A stretch of 56,805 bases of DNA from a virus (Duplodnaviria; Caudoviricetes): the IMG/VR virus record IMGVR_UViG_3300044615_000557, positions 1 to 56,805 of that record; one strand, 5' to 3'. Both the position numbers and the translations under genes were made by a program. Under the pieces are notes generated by a model. That model was not told the DNA's origin. It did no database searches and was given only the letters and a program-made list of their open reading frames with translations. Positions within the stretch are counted from its first letter, which is position 1, and each line of letters begins with the position of its first letter. Positions 1 to 8,967 of this stretch are shown here, one piece after another.

Positions 1-1
1 C

Positions 2-1291
2 GTTGTAGGCTCCGTCAAGCAGGACAAGAGCAAAGGCATCCTGCGGGTCAACATCCGCGACGGCAAAAACAACGACATGCAGGTAGGAAAGTTCGCGACC
101 AAAGCCGAGGAGCCGTCCAAGATTGATAATTCCGACATGTCCAATTTGGGATATAAGAGAGTGACTCGCAAGGGCGGTCAGTTCCAGACGCTCAGTGCCA
201 ACGCATTCTTGGAGGGACAGACGGTGAAAATAGTGAGGCAGACTCCCCACTATGTGTTCACATCACTTGACTCTTTGAGGAATCGTATCATCTCCAACAT
301 GAAGAACAGCAAGTTCCCGATGCTTCGTCAGGAACCTCTCATCAAGGCTACCGAGAAGTTCTTGGATGAGGGTGCTATCAAGTTTGATTGGAGCATGGTT
401 GGGGAGTTGATGCCCATGGAAGACCGCCGTAAGTTCGGCATCTATCTGGTGTCAGAGTTGTGCTATCCCTTCTGGATCTGGTCGGGTAGGAACATCAATA
501 ACTTTCCCGGCTTCTCCCATGTCCGCTTCTTCTTGGTTCCCAAGGACAGCGACAATGCAGGTTATGACTCATACATCGTGGGTAACTTGGTTGGAGGTGG
601 TCTGGGCAAGGTCGTCGTGTCCTCTAAGGCACCATCAGGCGGCGGGAAGGGTGCCCGCTTCAGCATCCTACCCAAGTTGAACAGCATGGCGAACACGATG
701 CAGTCGTATGGGGAACTGAACAACAAGTTTCTACAACTCCTGTTGCCCTATTTCAAGTCCACAGCAACGGGAAGCAGAAGCATTTATCCGTTCATGGTTC
801 GCGATGTCCTCCGCATGTCCTCCATCAAGGATCCAGTGGATCTATGGAGAAGGGTATGCGTCCTTCATGGCAAGCGGTCGGGCAAGTTGAGTGATGCAGA
901 GATGAAACTCACCGAGGACGAGGTGCAGGCTATCCAGAAGAAGGTTCAGGGGGGTATAACTCTCCCTGCCATCGGCATCAAGGCACCCCTAAACCCCAAC
1001 GCATCAAGGTATCCGCTCCCCACCCAGTGGAAAGAGTTCTCCAAGTACCTTTCGGATGTGTTCTGTGAGGCCATCGCCGTCGGTCTGAACCACGATGGTG
1101 CGTCCGACCTGAGACCCACCGCCGTCTGGCAGATTGACCTGAAGAATGACATCTTCGTAAACGAGGGAACCGTCCACTTCGCCGTGAAGGAGGGTGGAAG
1201 CAATGTCAAGAAGGTCATCGTGGATACTGGTAAGCAATCGGCGGGAGACCCGAGCCGGAACATAACTTGGCTCGGCATGCGACCCCTCTGA
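2..1291 (+). CDS. Hypothetical protein, 5'-truncated by window edge
   Basis: The ORF 77..1291 frame stays open back to base 2 (VVGSVKQDKSKGILRVNIRDGKNND-M), so the true start is probably outside the window. Confidence 0.75.
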   Translation, partial: VVGSVKQDKSKGILRVNIRDGKNNDMQVGKFATKAEEPSKIDNSDMSNLGYKRVTRKGGQFQTLSANAFLEGQTVKIVRQTPHYVFTSLDSLRNRIISNMKNSKFPMLRQEPLIKATEKFLDEGAIKFDWSMVGELMPMEDRRKFGIYLVSELCYPFWIWSGRNINNFPGFSHVRFFLVPKDSDNAGYDSYIVGNLVGGGLGKVVVSSKAPSGGGKGARFSILPKLNSMANTMQSYGELNNKFLQLLLPYFKSTATGSRSIYPFMVRDVLRMSSIKDPVDLWRRVCVLHGKRSGKLSDAEMKLTEDEVQAIQKKVQGGITLPAIGIKAPLNPNASRYPLPTQWKEFSKYLSDVFCEAIAVGLNHDGASDLRPTAVWQIDLKNDIFVNEGTVHFAVKEGGSNVKKVIVDTGKQSAGDPSRNITWLGMRPL

Positions 1292-1315
1292 CCCATACAG
1301 CCGCCTTCCGGCATC

Positions 1316-1323
1316 CATAAATA
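1316..1323 (+). promoter_or_regulatory. T4-type late promoter (CATAAATA)
   Basis: Matches the T4 late TATAAATA box; intergenic, upstream of GGAGG RBS and ATG 1343. Confidence 0.65.
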
Positions 1324-1342
1324 ACGGATCGGAGGGCGACGA

Positions 1343-1759
1343 ATGTTTGACTACAAGAAAGTTGCAGAGCAGGTCAGGGTCATGATGGAGTCCCCCATCA
1401 TCGCCCCTGCGGTGTCATCAACCATCTTCGGCTACAGCAAGCAGCAGTTTGAGTTCAAGATGCGTGAACTCCTGAAGAAGATGGGCTTTGAGAAGGGCAT
1501 CACGAAGGTGGAGCATGACAACAAGAAGATGGTCCTCTACTTCGCCGTCGCAGGCAAGGCACGGGACTTCGTCACCACCTTCAACAACCTCATGCGTCAG
1601 CGGGCGGGCGGCAATGTCGCCTCCGTGACCACCTCCTTTGACAAGATCAAGGCACCGGCAGGGACTAACGCCGTGGTCCGTATAGACCTGACCAATGTCA
1701 AGGCGGAGAGTTTTGACGAGATTGAGGCTCTCTGCGAATCATCTTTTGTTGAGGAGTGA
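1343..1759 (+). CDS. Hypothetical late protein
   Basis: 138 aa ORF with GGAGG RBS and late promoter. Confidence 0.75.
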   Translation: MFDYKKVAEQVRVMMESPIIAPAVSSTIFGYSKQQFEFKMRELLKKMGFEKGITKVEHDNKKMVLYFAVAGKARDFVTTFNNLMRQRAGGNVASVTTSFDKIKAPAGTNAVVRIDLTNVKAESFDEIEALCESSFVEE

Positions 1760-1762
1760 ACC

Positions 1763-1906
1763 ATGGCGAACAAGAGCGGAAAGGGCAAGGGCAAGTTCGG
1801 CTTCGGCATGACAAGACGGCAGAAGTTGGACCGCCTCCACATTGACTACATCAATCGCAAGAGGAACAACGACCTCGTTGCGGCCAAGAGGAGCACAAGA
1901 GCATGA
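1763..1906 (+). CDS. Small basic hypothetical protein (MANKSGKGKGKFGFG..., 47 aa)
   Basis: Not in ORF track; GAGGAG RBS, ATG 1763, TGA overlaps next ATG (ATGA coupling). Confidence 0.6.
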   Translation: MANKSGKGKGKFGFGMTRRQKLDRLHIDYINRKRNNDLVAAKRSTRA

Positions 1907-2223
1907 GCGACATCATCAACCAAGCCATGGGCATTCTGGGCGGCAAGAAGGACAAGGACAAGAAGTCCCTCGCGGAGGCACGCACGCCCGCGCCCGCACG
2001 CACACCCACGCCCCCGCCCGTTCCCGTGCGCCCGCACGCGAGCCAGATCAACGAGATGATTGACACCGCAGAGCGACGGGTCAAGGCGGAACTCTCCCGC
2101 TACGGACTGCTCCATGCCCGCCTGCTTGAGGCACGCGAACTGCTCAAGGGCGGCAGCGACACCATTCTGGTGGAGAACACCATCCGCTTCGCCATGAACG
2201 AGGCGAAGGTCACGATCAAGTAA
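1903..2223 (+). CDS. Hypothetical protein
   Basis: 106 aa, ATGA-coupled to previous ORF. Confidence 0.7.
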   Translation: MSDIINQAMGILGGKKDKDKKSLAEARTPAPARTPTPPPVPVRPHASQINEMIDTAERRVKAELSRYGLLHARLLEARELLKGGSDTILVENTIRFAMNEAKVTIK

Positions 2224-2232
2224 GGAGCCGAC

Positions 2233-2943
2233 ATGGAAGACTTCAAGAGACGCATCATCAACGAGGCCATCAAGCACGGGGCGAAATCATCCCCGTTCCA
2301 TGACATCGGCATCAAGCGGGACAGCATCAACAGTTGGGACTGGGATGAGGCACGCGACGGGTGGGAAGGCAAGCAACCCATCACGGAGAAGAAGACCGTC
2401 GCCGAAGACGAGGACTATGATGGGGACATGGCGATGACTCTCCTCAAGAATGTCGTGGAGAAGGCCAACGAGTTGCTGGGCATGATGAATCCCGAGATGG
2501 AACTGGAGCCATGGGTGCAGAGCAAGATCACCATGGCCGAGGACTACATCACCGTGGTCAGGGACTACATCAAGCACAAGGACCATGCCGAGGGGGTTGT
2601 GGTAGACGGTGATGATATCACCGAGGCACAGGCGGTGTCGGGCAAGTATCGTTTCAACTCCTTCAAGGAAGGCAGCATCAGCGGCTGGAAGGTCAGCATC
2701 CAGAGCAAGGGTGAGGTCGGCTTCATTGAGGAACCCGCCAAGAAGAACACCCGCACATCAATCTCACCCCACAAGTTGTTCCTCTACGGCAAGAAGGAGG
2801 GCGAGCCGGACTTCGTCCTCAGCCTCTGGCCCAGCAAGGAGACCCGCATGGTGGGTGAGAGGGAGATGCGATACGCTCCCCGTCAACTCTTCAACGCGGT
2901 CGCCATGTGGATGGACAAGTACGGCAGCAAGATGGTGAAGTGA
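2233..2943 (+). CDS. Hypothetical modular protein, probable head-internal protein
   Basis: AGGAG RBS; modules separated by IxE linkers (IINE, ITE, ITEA); contains an LEPWVQSKITMAEDY module of a kind seen in T4-like phage proteins. Confidence 0.7.
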   Translation: MEDFKRRIINEAIKHGAKSSPFHDIGIKRDSINSWDWDEARDGWEGKQPITEKKTVAEDEDYDGDMAMTLLKNVVEKANELLGMMNPEMELEPWVQSKITMAEDYITVVRDYIKHKDHAEGVVVDGDDITEAQAVSGKYRFNSFKEGSISGWKVSIQSKGEVGFIEEPAKKNTRTSISPHKLFLYGKKEGEPDFVLSLWPSKETRMVGEREMRYAPRQLFNAVAMWMDKYGSKMVK

Positions 2944-2944
2944 C

Positions 2945-3235
2945 ATGCCCACCCCCAAGGACGCTCTCAACTTTGACCCCGATGACCCCTTCAACGAGGA
3001 CTTCGGGTTTGAGATCGTGGACTCCCCCGATGTGGTCATTGAGGAGAAGAAGGGCGAGATACGGGAGGTCTACTCCCAACGCATGCAGGCGGTTGAGAAG
3101 TTGATCCTGCCCCTGCTCCAGAACCTCCTCAAGAACCCCGAGAAGGAATACATCAAGTGGGGCAACCGGACGCAGGTCATCACGAAGCAGATTGACCGCA
3201 TCACCTCCATCACCCGTAAGCCGCTGGATGCGTAA
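2945..3235 (+). CDS. Conserved T4-like hypothetical protein
   Basis: 96 aa; ILPLLQNLLKNPEKEYIKWGNR motif. Confidence 0.7.
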   Translation: MPTPKDALNFDPDDPFNEDFGFEIVDSPDVVIEEKKGEIREVYSQRMQAVEKLILPLLQNLLKNPEKEYIKWGNRTQVITKQIDRITSITRKPLDA

Positions 3236-3238
3236 ACT

Positions 3239-3245
3239 CTAAATA
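3239..3245 (+). promoter_or_regulatory. Late promoter CTAAATA
   Basis: Intergenic, followed by AGGAG RBS and ATG 3264. Confidence 0.65.
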
Positions 3246-3263
3246 GGAATCAGGAGATAAGAC

Positions 3264-4880
3264 ATGAACAATGCCCAGAGAAGATTGCTTGAGGAAGCCG
3301 CGAAGTTCGGTGGAGCGAATGTGTCCAAGGCGGAAAAGATGGCTGAGTCCATCCCCCCGATTGAGTTGGTGAGCGAGGCATATGCTCCTGCTTCCTTTCC
3401 GCTGAAGGACATCATCGGCGGCTTCATTGAGAAGTCCAAGAAGAAACGCTTTGAGTATCGCAAGAGCACCGACGAGTGGGGCAAGAAGAATGGCTATCCG
3501 CATGAGGTGTTCGTCGGTCCCGATGAGTCAAAGGGACAGACCCGCCCCGCTCTCGTCAAGGGAACCGTCTGCTACATCGTGGTGGACGAGGGTGCAGACG
3601 GCAAGCCGGTGGTTGAGAAGTGGGCAATCACCAAGCACTGGACGAGAGCCGCAGAGGGCGTTGAGGAAGCGTTGAAGGCGAAGCCGAAACAGACCGCCGG
3701 TATCCCGCGGCTCGTCGTGGATGGCAAGGTCGTTGCGATGGGCAGCAAGCAGTCCCTCGTCAAGTTGGCCAAGGAAAAGCATGGTGGATTGAAGTCGGGA
3801 AAGGTTTTCCTTGCACACACGAACAAGACCGTCGGTCAGTCGTGGAAGGAGAGCGTGGACGAGGCCAAGACTGGTGACATTGGTCTACGAACCGACCTTC
3901 ATCATCCGAAGGGTAAGGCGGTCTTGGACAAGAGCGGCAAGGTAGTCGCCGTCTACAAGACCGAAAAGGCTGCTCGCCAGCACGCGATGACCGGCAAGCC
4001 CGTGAAGGAGGATGTTGAGGAGACAGGCGAGACCCTTAACGAGTTGCACTACCGCAAGGCGATTGACAAGCCCCTCATCGTCCCCCCGAAGTGGGCGTAC
4101 GACAGTTTTTTCAAGGTGCTGAAGAAGACACCCGAATCCCTCTTCAACCAACTCAAGGCAGAGGAAGCGTTGGAGAGCGTCTATTCTAAGGCTCTACTTG
4201 GCGGCAAGAATGACTTGGGCGGAAGAATCAGCGGCGACTGGGGCAAAATCTATGCGAACGCCGAAGTCAAGTACAAGACACTGATGGGAATGAAAGAAGA
4301 AGCGGAGGAGACCGACGAGACCCTTGAGGAGTTCTTCCGCGTCGGCGACCCACGCTTCTATGCTGCCGCGGAGAAGGCGTTGCCGCAGAAGCATAGAAAC
4401 CAACACAACATCATGCGCATGGCGGCGATAATGTGGAAGATATACTCTGATAGTAACGGCAGCGTCAAGATGTCGGAACTCGTCCGTCTCGCCCGCGTGA
4501 GCCTCGGACTGAACGAGGAGGCCGAGGAAGACACACAGAGCGTCTCCGAAGCCATGACACCCGATGATGCCATGCGTAAGGCGAAGGAAATCATGGCAAA
4601 GGCAAAGGAACTCGGGGTGACAGTGAGTGCGAATAAGACCGTCATCACTTGCGTCAAAGAGTTCCCCAAGGGTGACGCAGATGCCTTCTTCAAGGCGTAC
4701 TCGGACTGCGACAAGATCCGCAAGATGGTGCCGTTCAAGAGCCGCACGAACGAGTGGGGCTGCTCCACGGCTGGAGTGGGCATCGGTGGGCAGGAGTGCA
4801 TCAAGGCGGGACGGGCGGTCCTGAACAAGAGTGGCGACGGTGCCTTCGCGGTGCTTCGCATGCTCGGCAAGGCTCGCTGA
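3264..4880 (+). CDS. Modular late polyprotein, probable head-internal protein
   Basis: 538 aa; basic modules separated by acidic (L/V)xE linkers (VEEA, VDEA, TLNE, TLEE, VSEA). Confidence 0.75.
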   Translation: MNNAQRRLLEEAAKFGGANVSKAEKMAESIPPIELVSEAYAPASFPLKDIIGGFIEKSKKKRFEYRKSTDEWGKKNGYPHEVFVGPDESKGQTRPALVKGTVCYIVVDEGADGKPVVEKWAITKHWTRAAEGVEEALKAKPKQTAGIPRLVVDGKVVAMGSKQSLVKLAKEKHGGLKSGKVFLAHTNKTVGQSWKESVDEAKTGDIGLRTDLHHPKGKAVLDKSGKVVAVYKTEKAARQHAMTGKPVKEDVEETGETLNELHYRKAIDKPLIVPPKWAYDSFFKVLKKTPESLFNQLKAEEALESVYSKALLGGKNDLGGRISGDWGKIYANAEVKYKTLMGMKEEAEETDETLEEFFRVGDPRFYAAAEKALPQKHRNQHNIMRMAAIMWKIYSDSNGSVKMSELVRLARVSLGLNEEAEEDTQSVSEAMTPDDAMRKAKEIMAKAKELGVTVSANKTVITCVKEFPKGDADAFFKAYSDCDKIRKMVPFKSRTNEWGCSTAGVGIGGQECIKAGRAVLNKSGDGAFAVLRMLGKAR

Positions 4881-4900
4881 CCCAAGCATGGTTATAGGAC

Positions 4901-4932
4901 ACAACCCCCTCTTGCGGAGGGGGTTGTTCTTT
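4901..4932 (+). terminator. Hairpin terminator overlapping a sigma70 promoter
   Basis: Inverted repeat ACAACCCCCTC...GAGGGGGTTGT followed by TCTTT. Confidence 0.6.
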
Positions 4933-4940
4933 GGTACAAT
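4912..4940 (+). promoter_or_regulatory. sigma70-type early promoter
   Basis: TTGCGG-17-TACAAT with extended -10 TG; ATG 7 nt downstream. Confidence 0.55.
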
Positions 4941-4947
4941 GGACAAC

Positions 4948-5163
4948 ATGAACAACCGCTTGACCAACCTCGGCTACGCAGCCCTGACCGTCCTCATCCT
5001 CCTCGCGGGTGCGGGCTTCGCATCCCTCTTCCCTCTGTTGTGGTTCTGGGTGGCACACGGACTCGCGGGCGTGAGCGAGTACACCTCGGTGTGGGTCATC
5101 TCGTTCCTGTACTCCCTCGGGGCACTCCTGAAGGCGATTGAGCGACGGAAGAATTCGCGATAA
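4948..5163 (+). CDS. Small membrane protein
   Basis: Two hydrophobic segments; start chosen at the ATG just after the -10 box. Confidence 0.6.
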   Translation: MNNRLTNLGYAALTVLILLAGAGFASLFPLLWFWVAHGLAGVSEYTSVWVISFLYSLGALLKAIERRKNSR

Positions 5164-5228
5164 AATCGCGGTTCTCGTAGCGAAAAACGGGGACGCATAG
5201 ATAATCTATTCGGCTTCGCGAGTTTCGC

Positions 5229-5257
5229 TTGACTGCCGACCACCCGTCGGGTATACA
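5229..5257 (+). promoter_or_regulatory. sigma70-type promoter
   Basis: TTGACT-17-TATACA upstream of 5309. Confidence 0.5.
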
Positions 5258-5308
5258 TACCTCCACTTCCCTTGAGTCGGGAAGCAACATCCAACACAGG
5301 AGGTTTAC

Positions 5309-6049
5309 ATGATCAGACTCACAAGCACGGCAGCGTTCCTCTCGGCGGCAGTGGCATCGTCCGCTCTCGCACAGGGAACTCCTGCCCCCGCTCCGGTCAA
5401 CGACTTCAAGTTGACCCTAAGCGAGGACTTCGGTTACTACGGCTTTGATGGAAGCACCGAAAGTCTCGCTGCGTTTGATACGAGCCTGTCGCTCGATCTC
5501 TCGGATGCGTTCAGCGTCAGCGTGATGGTTCCCGTTTACAATCAGGGAAGCAACACGAACATCGGCGATGTTACGCTTTCGGCAAACGCAGATGCGATCT
5601 CCGGCAAGGGCTGGTCGCTCGCCGTCCATGGTGGGGTTGACATCCCCACCGAAACCGTGTTCTCATCCAACAATGTGAACCCGTTCTTCGGCGGGGTGTT
5701 CTCCGCCGAACTGACCGACTCGCTTGCGTTCTCGCAGGGCGTGGACTACAAGTTCGTCGGCACCAATGCGTTTGTCCCGCTGCTCGGAACTTTCACCGAC
5801 TCGGACATCCTCAACTTCGTGACGAACCTCTCATGGTCGTTCACGAAGGAACTCGCTGTCGCTGCGGACCTCGTCCAGCAGTACTATGTGGACAACAGCG
5901 AGTATCAGTTGCTCCTCGGTCCTTCGGCTGAGTGGCATGTCACCAAGGGCATCAGCGTCAACGCCGGTGTCCTGCTTCCGATCTCCCAGAGCGTGACCAC
6001 GAACGAGAATGACTATGTGGTCAACGCTGGCATCGGCATTGAATTCTGA
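5309..6049 (+). CDS. Secreted outer-membrane beta-barrel-like protein
   Basis: Sec signal peptide (…ASSALA|QG), alternating amphipathic strands, C-terminal Phe beta-signal (VNAGIGIEF). Confidence 0.65.
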   Translation: MIRLTSTAAFLSAAVASSALAQGTPAPAPVNDFKLTLSEDFGYYGFDGSTESLAAFDTSLSLDLSDAFSVSVMVPVYNQGSNTNIGDVTLSANADAISGKGWSLAVHGGVDIPTETVFSSNNVNPFFGGVFSAELTDSLAFSQGVDYKFVGTNAFVPLLGTFTDSDILNFVTNLSWSFTKELAVAADLVQQYYVDNSEYQLLLGPSAEWHVTKGISVNAGVLLPISQSVTTNENDYVVNAGIGIEF

Positions 6050-6093
6050 TTTCACAACTTCTCACAACTTCAACCAAGAAAGGTACTACACCA

Positions 6094-6249
6094 ATGAAGA
6101 ACAACAACTGCCCCGTCCCGACCCATGGCTTCTGCTGGAAGAACCCCGTCCATGTCGTGGTCTTCCTCGCCGTCCTCCCGTTTGCCCTCGCCGGTGCGAA
6201 GGTTCTCTGGAGTGCCGTGACCTCGGCGTTCGCCACGCTCCCGCTCTGA
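6094..6249 (+). CDS. Small membrane peptide (MKNNNCPVPTHGFCWKNPVHVVVFLAVLPFALAG..., 51 aa)
   Basis: Not in ORF track; AGAAAGG RBS, ATG 6094, hydrophobic helix. Confidence 0.55.
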   Translation: MKNNNCPVPTHGFCWKNPVHVVVFLAVLPFALAGAKVLWSAVTSAFATLPL

Positions 6250-6281
6250 TAACTAGATAACTCATAACTGAAGAGCAGGAA

Positions 6282-6319
6282 GGGAGGGGGGGGCCAATAA
6301 GGCTCCCCCTTCTCTTTTT
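6282..6319 (+). terminator. Rho-independent terminator
   Basis: G-rich/C-rich stem (GGGAGGGGGGGGCC-AATAA-GGCTCCCCCTTCTC) followed by TTTTT. Confidence 0.65.
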
Positions 6320-6322
6320 GCC

Positions 6323-6329
6323 CTAAATA
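6323..6329 (+). promoter_or_regulatory. Late promoter CTAAATA
   Basis: Directly after the terminator, 5 nt before ATG 6335. Confidence 0.65.
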
Positions 6330-6334
6330 CGGAC

Positions 6335-6610
6335 ATGAGATCGTTCCGGCAATTCGTGTGCGAGATGGACACCAGCATGCTGTCCTACGGCAAGGACTTC
6401 GCGGCAGATGTGGTGTCCAGCGATTTTGACATTGAGCATTGGGACGATCACAGCAAGATGAAGCCATGGGAAGTCACGAACGCCGAGAACGCGACCACCC
6501 GACGGACGCACCTTCTCCAGTGGCTCAAGGCAGCATCGGCGAACTCACCAAACGGGGTCGGCGATGACAGCATACCCCTCACGCCCAAGTGGCAGTCAAG
6601 GAAGCGATGA
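6335..6610 (+). CDS. Hypothetical late protein with capsid-targeting-like N-terminus
   Basis: MRSFRQFVCE N-terminus. Confidence 0.65.
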   Translation: MRSFRQFVCEMDTSMLSYGKDFAADVVSSDFDIEHWDDHSKMKPWEVTNAENATTRRTHLLQWLKAASANSPNGVGDDSIPLTPKWQSRKR

Positions 6611-7068
6611 GAACATTCAAGCAACACATGAACGAGGCCATCGTCACCACGCGCACGGGCACGGGCGTGCGCCCGCTCGGGGGCGTGTACGCGCCCGCGG
6701 GGACACCCATCGCATGGAACGATCTCAAGCGGCTGGAGAGCGTTCTTGACGCGATGTTCAAGCAGGCGGGACTGGACATCGCGTTCACCCGTCACTTCCA
6801 CGAACGCATCAACGGCTCCCGTGGCTACGGCGGCACGATCTCCCTCCCCGAGTTGCAGGATGCCTTCCGGAAGACCTACACCAAGTATGCAGCGAAGATC
6901 CGCAACCACGACACCGACTGGAAGGCCATCATCCACGATGTGAGCAAGACCCTCAACATGCCGTTCGTCCTGAAGTGGGATGACCGCGTCCGTGCCATGA
7001 GCCTCGTCATGGTCACCGCGATGAAGAAGCCGGACTTCAAGTCCCCCGACCCCAAGTTGCCCGTATGA
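6607..7068 (+). CDS. Conserved T4-like hypothetical protein with capsid-targeting-like N-terminus
   Basis: ATG 6607 coupled to previous stop; MRTFKQHMNE; FTRHFHERIN...LNMPFVLKW motif. Confidence 0.7.
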   Translation: MRTFKQHMNEAIVTTRTGTGVRPLGGVYAPAGTPIAWNDLKRLESVLDAMFKQAGLDIAFTRHFHERINGSRGYGGTISLPELQDAFRKTYTKYAAKIRNHDTDWKAIIHDVSKTLNMPFVLKWDDRVRAMSLVMVTAMKKPDFKSPDPKLPV

Positions 7069-7250
7069 AAGAGGACATCATGAACCGAGGGAAGGACTGG
7101 TGGGAGTTCCGCAAGGGCATGGGTGAGTTCATCGTCCAGACCCACAACATGAGAAAGCGGAAGGCCAAGACCAAGACCCGTGCCCTGCCCAATAACACCA
7201 TGCCTGCCCCGCACTCGGTGGGCAGGATTGGAATCATGACGAGGGTCTAA
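7065..7250 (+). CDS. Small hypothetical protein
   Basis: 61 aa, ATGA-coupled. Confidence 0.5.
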   Translation: MKEDIMNRGKDWWEFRKGMGEFIVQTHNMRKRKAKTKTRALPNNTMPAPHSVGRIGIMTRV

Positions 7251-7253
7251 ATA
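7247..7253 (+). promoter_or_regulatory. Late promoter CTAAATA
   Basis: Upstream of AGGAG RBS and ATG 7273. Confidence 0.65.
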
Positions 7254-7272
7254 GTTCAATACAGGAGAAGCC

Positions 7273-8343
7273 ATGAAGGGATTTGACACCATAAGAGACG
7301 AGGGTCGCAAGGCTCATGAGGACACGCTGAACGAGGAGATGTCCACCCTACTGAACGAGGCACTTGTCGTGCTCGGCAAGGGAAAGAAGTATGGACAGGC
7401 AGTCATCCTCGCTGGTGGTGCCGGTTCGGGCAAGGGCTTCGCTGTAACCCATCTGCTTCAGGGAGAGTTGTACAAGGTCATCAATCCCGATGACTTCAAG
7501 GATCTCCTGCTCAAGGTGCGTGACAAGAAGACGCAAGTCGGGAGCGAGCGTCTCGGTCAAGTCCTCAAGGATATCTCCGATCTTGACCTGAAGAATCCAA
7601 AGGACACATCCACGCTCCACATGCTCGTCAAGGGCATGAATCTCATGCAGAAGAAGATCACCTACCTGTTCGCAGGAAAGGGTGGTGCCATGCAAATGCC
7701 GAATGTCATGTTTGATGTGACCATGAAAGATCCCGAGACGCTGTTTGGTGACGCGAGCGAGGAGGGGATCCTCACCCAACTCAAGAACGCCGGATATAAA
7801 AGAGATGACATTCACATCGTCTGGATCCTCACCGACTACAAGATCGCGATGCAGCAGAATCTCAGCCGCGATCGTGTGGTGAACTCCCACATCGTTCTCC
7901 AGTCACATGCAGGTGCAGCCAAGACCATGCAAGAGGTGGTGTTTAAGAACTACGGCAAGATGGGCATCAACGGAGATGTGGTAGTCATCATCGGTGGCTC
8001 CAAGGGTGGCAGCATCACTTATACCAAGGGATCGGAAATTGAGGATAAGTATGGCAAGGTCCATACCCTTGACAGAGACCTCAAGGTTCCCGTGTTCGCG
8101 AAGATCAACTACTTCCGCATCAAGAACGCGGGTTCGCCACAGATGAGTCGCAATGGTCTTGCAGCCGTACAGAACTACATTGGCAAATTGGCACCCCCGC
8201 CCAAACTTGACTTTGAGAATGATCCGGAGGGGGCGAGCAAGTTCGTGAAGAGAAAAGAAAAGCAAGCGGTTATGGCACTAGCCAGATCGCCAAAGGGCAT
8301 TGATCCCAAGGTAGCCAGAAACTTGGGTTATCGTGGACTATAA
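7273..8343 (+). CDS. P-loop kinase (zeta-toxin/AAA_33-like)
   Basis: VILAGGAGSGKG Walker A, INPDD, and N-x-x-R-x-R-V lid (NLSRDRVV). Confidence 0.7.
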   Translation: MKGFDTIRDEGRKAHEDTLNEEMSTLLNEALVVLGKGKKYGQAVILAGGAGSGKGFAVTHLLQGELYKVINPDDFKDLLLKVRDKKTQVGSERLGQVLKDISDLDLKNPKDTSTLHMLVKGMNLMQKKITYLFAGKGGAMQMPNVMFDVTMKDPETLFGDASEEGILTQLKNAGYKRDDIHIVWILTDYKIAMQQNLSRDRVVNSHIVLQSHAGAAKTMQEVVFKNYGKMGINGDVVVIIGGSKGGSITYTKGSEIEDKYGKVHTLDRDLKVPVFAKINYFRIKNAGSPQMSRNGLAAVQNYIGKLAPPPKLDFENDPEGASKFVKRKEKQAVMALARSPKGIDPKVARNLGYRGL

Positions 8344-8346
8344 CAC

Positions 8347-8374
8347 TTGACTTACTCTGCCACCATGGTATGAT
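8347..8374 (+). promoter_or_regulatory. sigma70-type promoter
   Basis: TTGACT-16-TATGAT with extended TG; ATG 6 nt later. Confidence 0.6.
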
Positions 8375-8380
8375 GTCGCA

Positions 8381-8935
8381 ATGCGTAACCACGGATCCCA
8401 ACTCAACCGCTCGTTCATGATCCACAACATCCACCTTGTGAGGCGGATCCAGCAGTTGATGGACTACATGGTCATGGTGGCCATGGACTTGGAGAACATT
8501 GAGAAGGGTCTGGAGAGCGAGGCGGTCCGAGAACTCGCCACCAAGGAACTCTCCCGCGTCCGCAAGGACATTGAGACCCTCGTCCTAAGCACCCGTGGCG
8601 GTCCTCCGCCGAGCAAGGAGGAACTGACGGCCTATGCCACCGGTTTCATGCCCGTGCCTCCAAAGGCTCCCAAGCCCAAGCCAGCAAAGAAGCCCGTGGA
8701 GGAGATTGAGGAGGAGATCAAGGAAGTCCTGAACTCCATCTTCGGGGGCATGCTTGACAAGTTGGAGTCCGATAAGCAGGAGGAGCAAGAGCAGGGAGTC
8801 GGAGACGACCCCGACGCGGAGAAGCACCTCTGGCGTTCCCCCTACTGGTCGGGGAAGCGGGAGCAGTCCAATAACTCCTCCGACGAGGACATGCCGGATC
8901 CGGAAGATCTGGAAGATTACCTCAAGGGGCTTTGA
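8381..8935 (+). CDS. Hypothetical protein
   Basis: 184 aa, acidic C-terminus. Confidence 0.7.
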   Translation: MRNHGSQLNRSFMIHNIHLVRRIQQLMDYMVMVAMDLENIEKGLESEAVRELATKELSRVRKDIETLVLSTRGGPPPSKEELTAYATGFMPVPPKAPKPKPAKKPVEEIEEEIKEVLNSIFGGMLDKLESDKQEEQEQGVGDDPDAEKHLWRSPYWSGKREQSNNSSDEDMPDPEDLEDYLKGL

Positions 8936-8960
8936 CAAGAGGACGATGGTGTGGTATGCT
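8932..8960 (+). promoter_or_regulatory. sigma70-type promoter
   Basis: TTGACA-17-TATGCT with extended TG; ATG 7 nt later. Confidence 0.65.
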
Positions 8961-8967
8961 TACCGGT

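Noticed and set aside
77-1291. Possible PD-(D/E)xK nuclease (GYDS...VVSSK)
   Set aside because: Motif too weak to call without a profile search, and the gene is truncated
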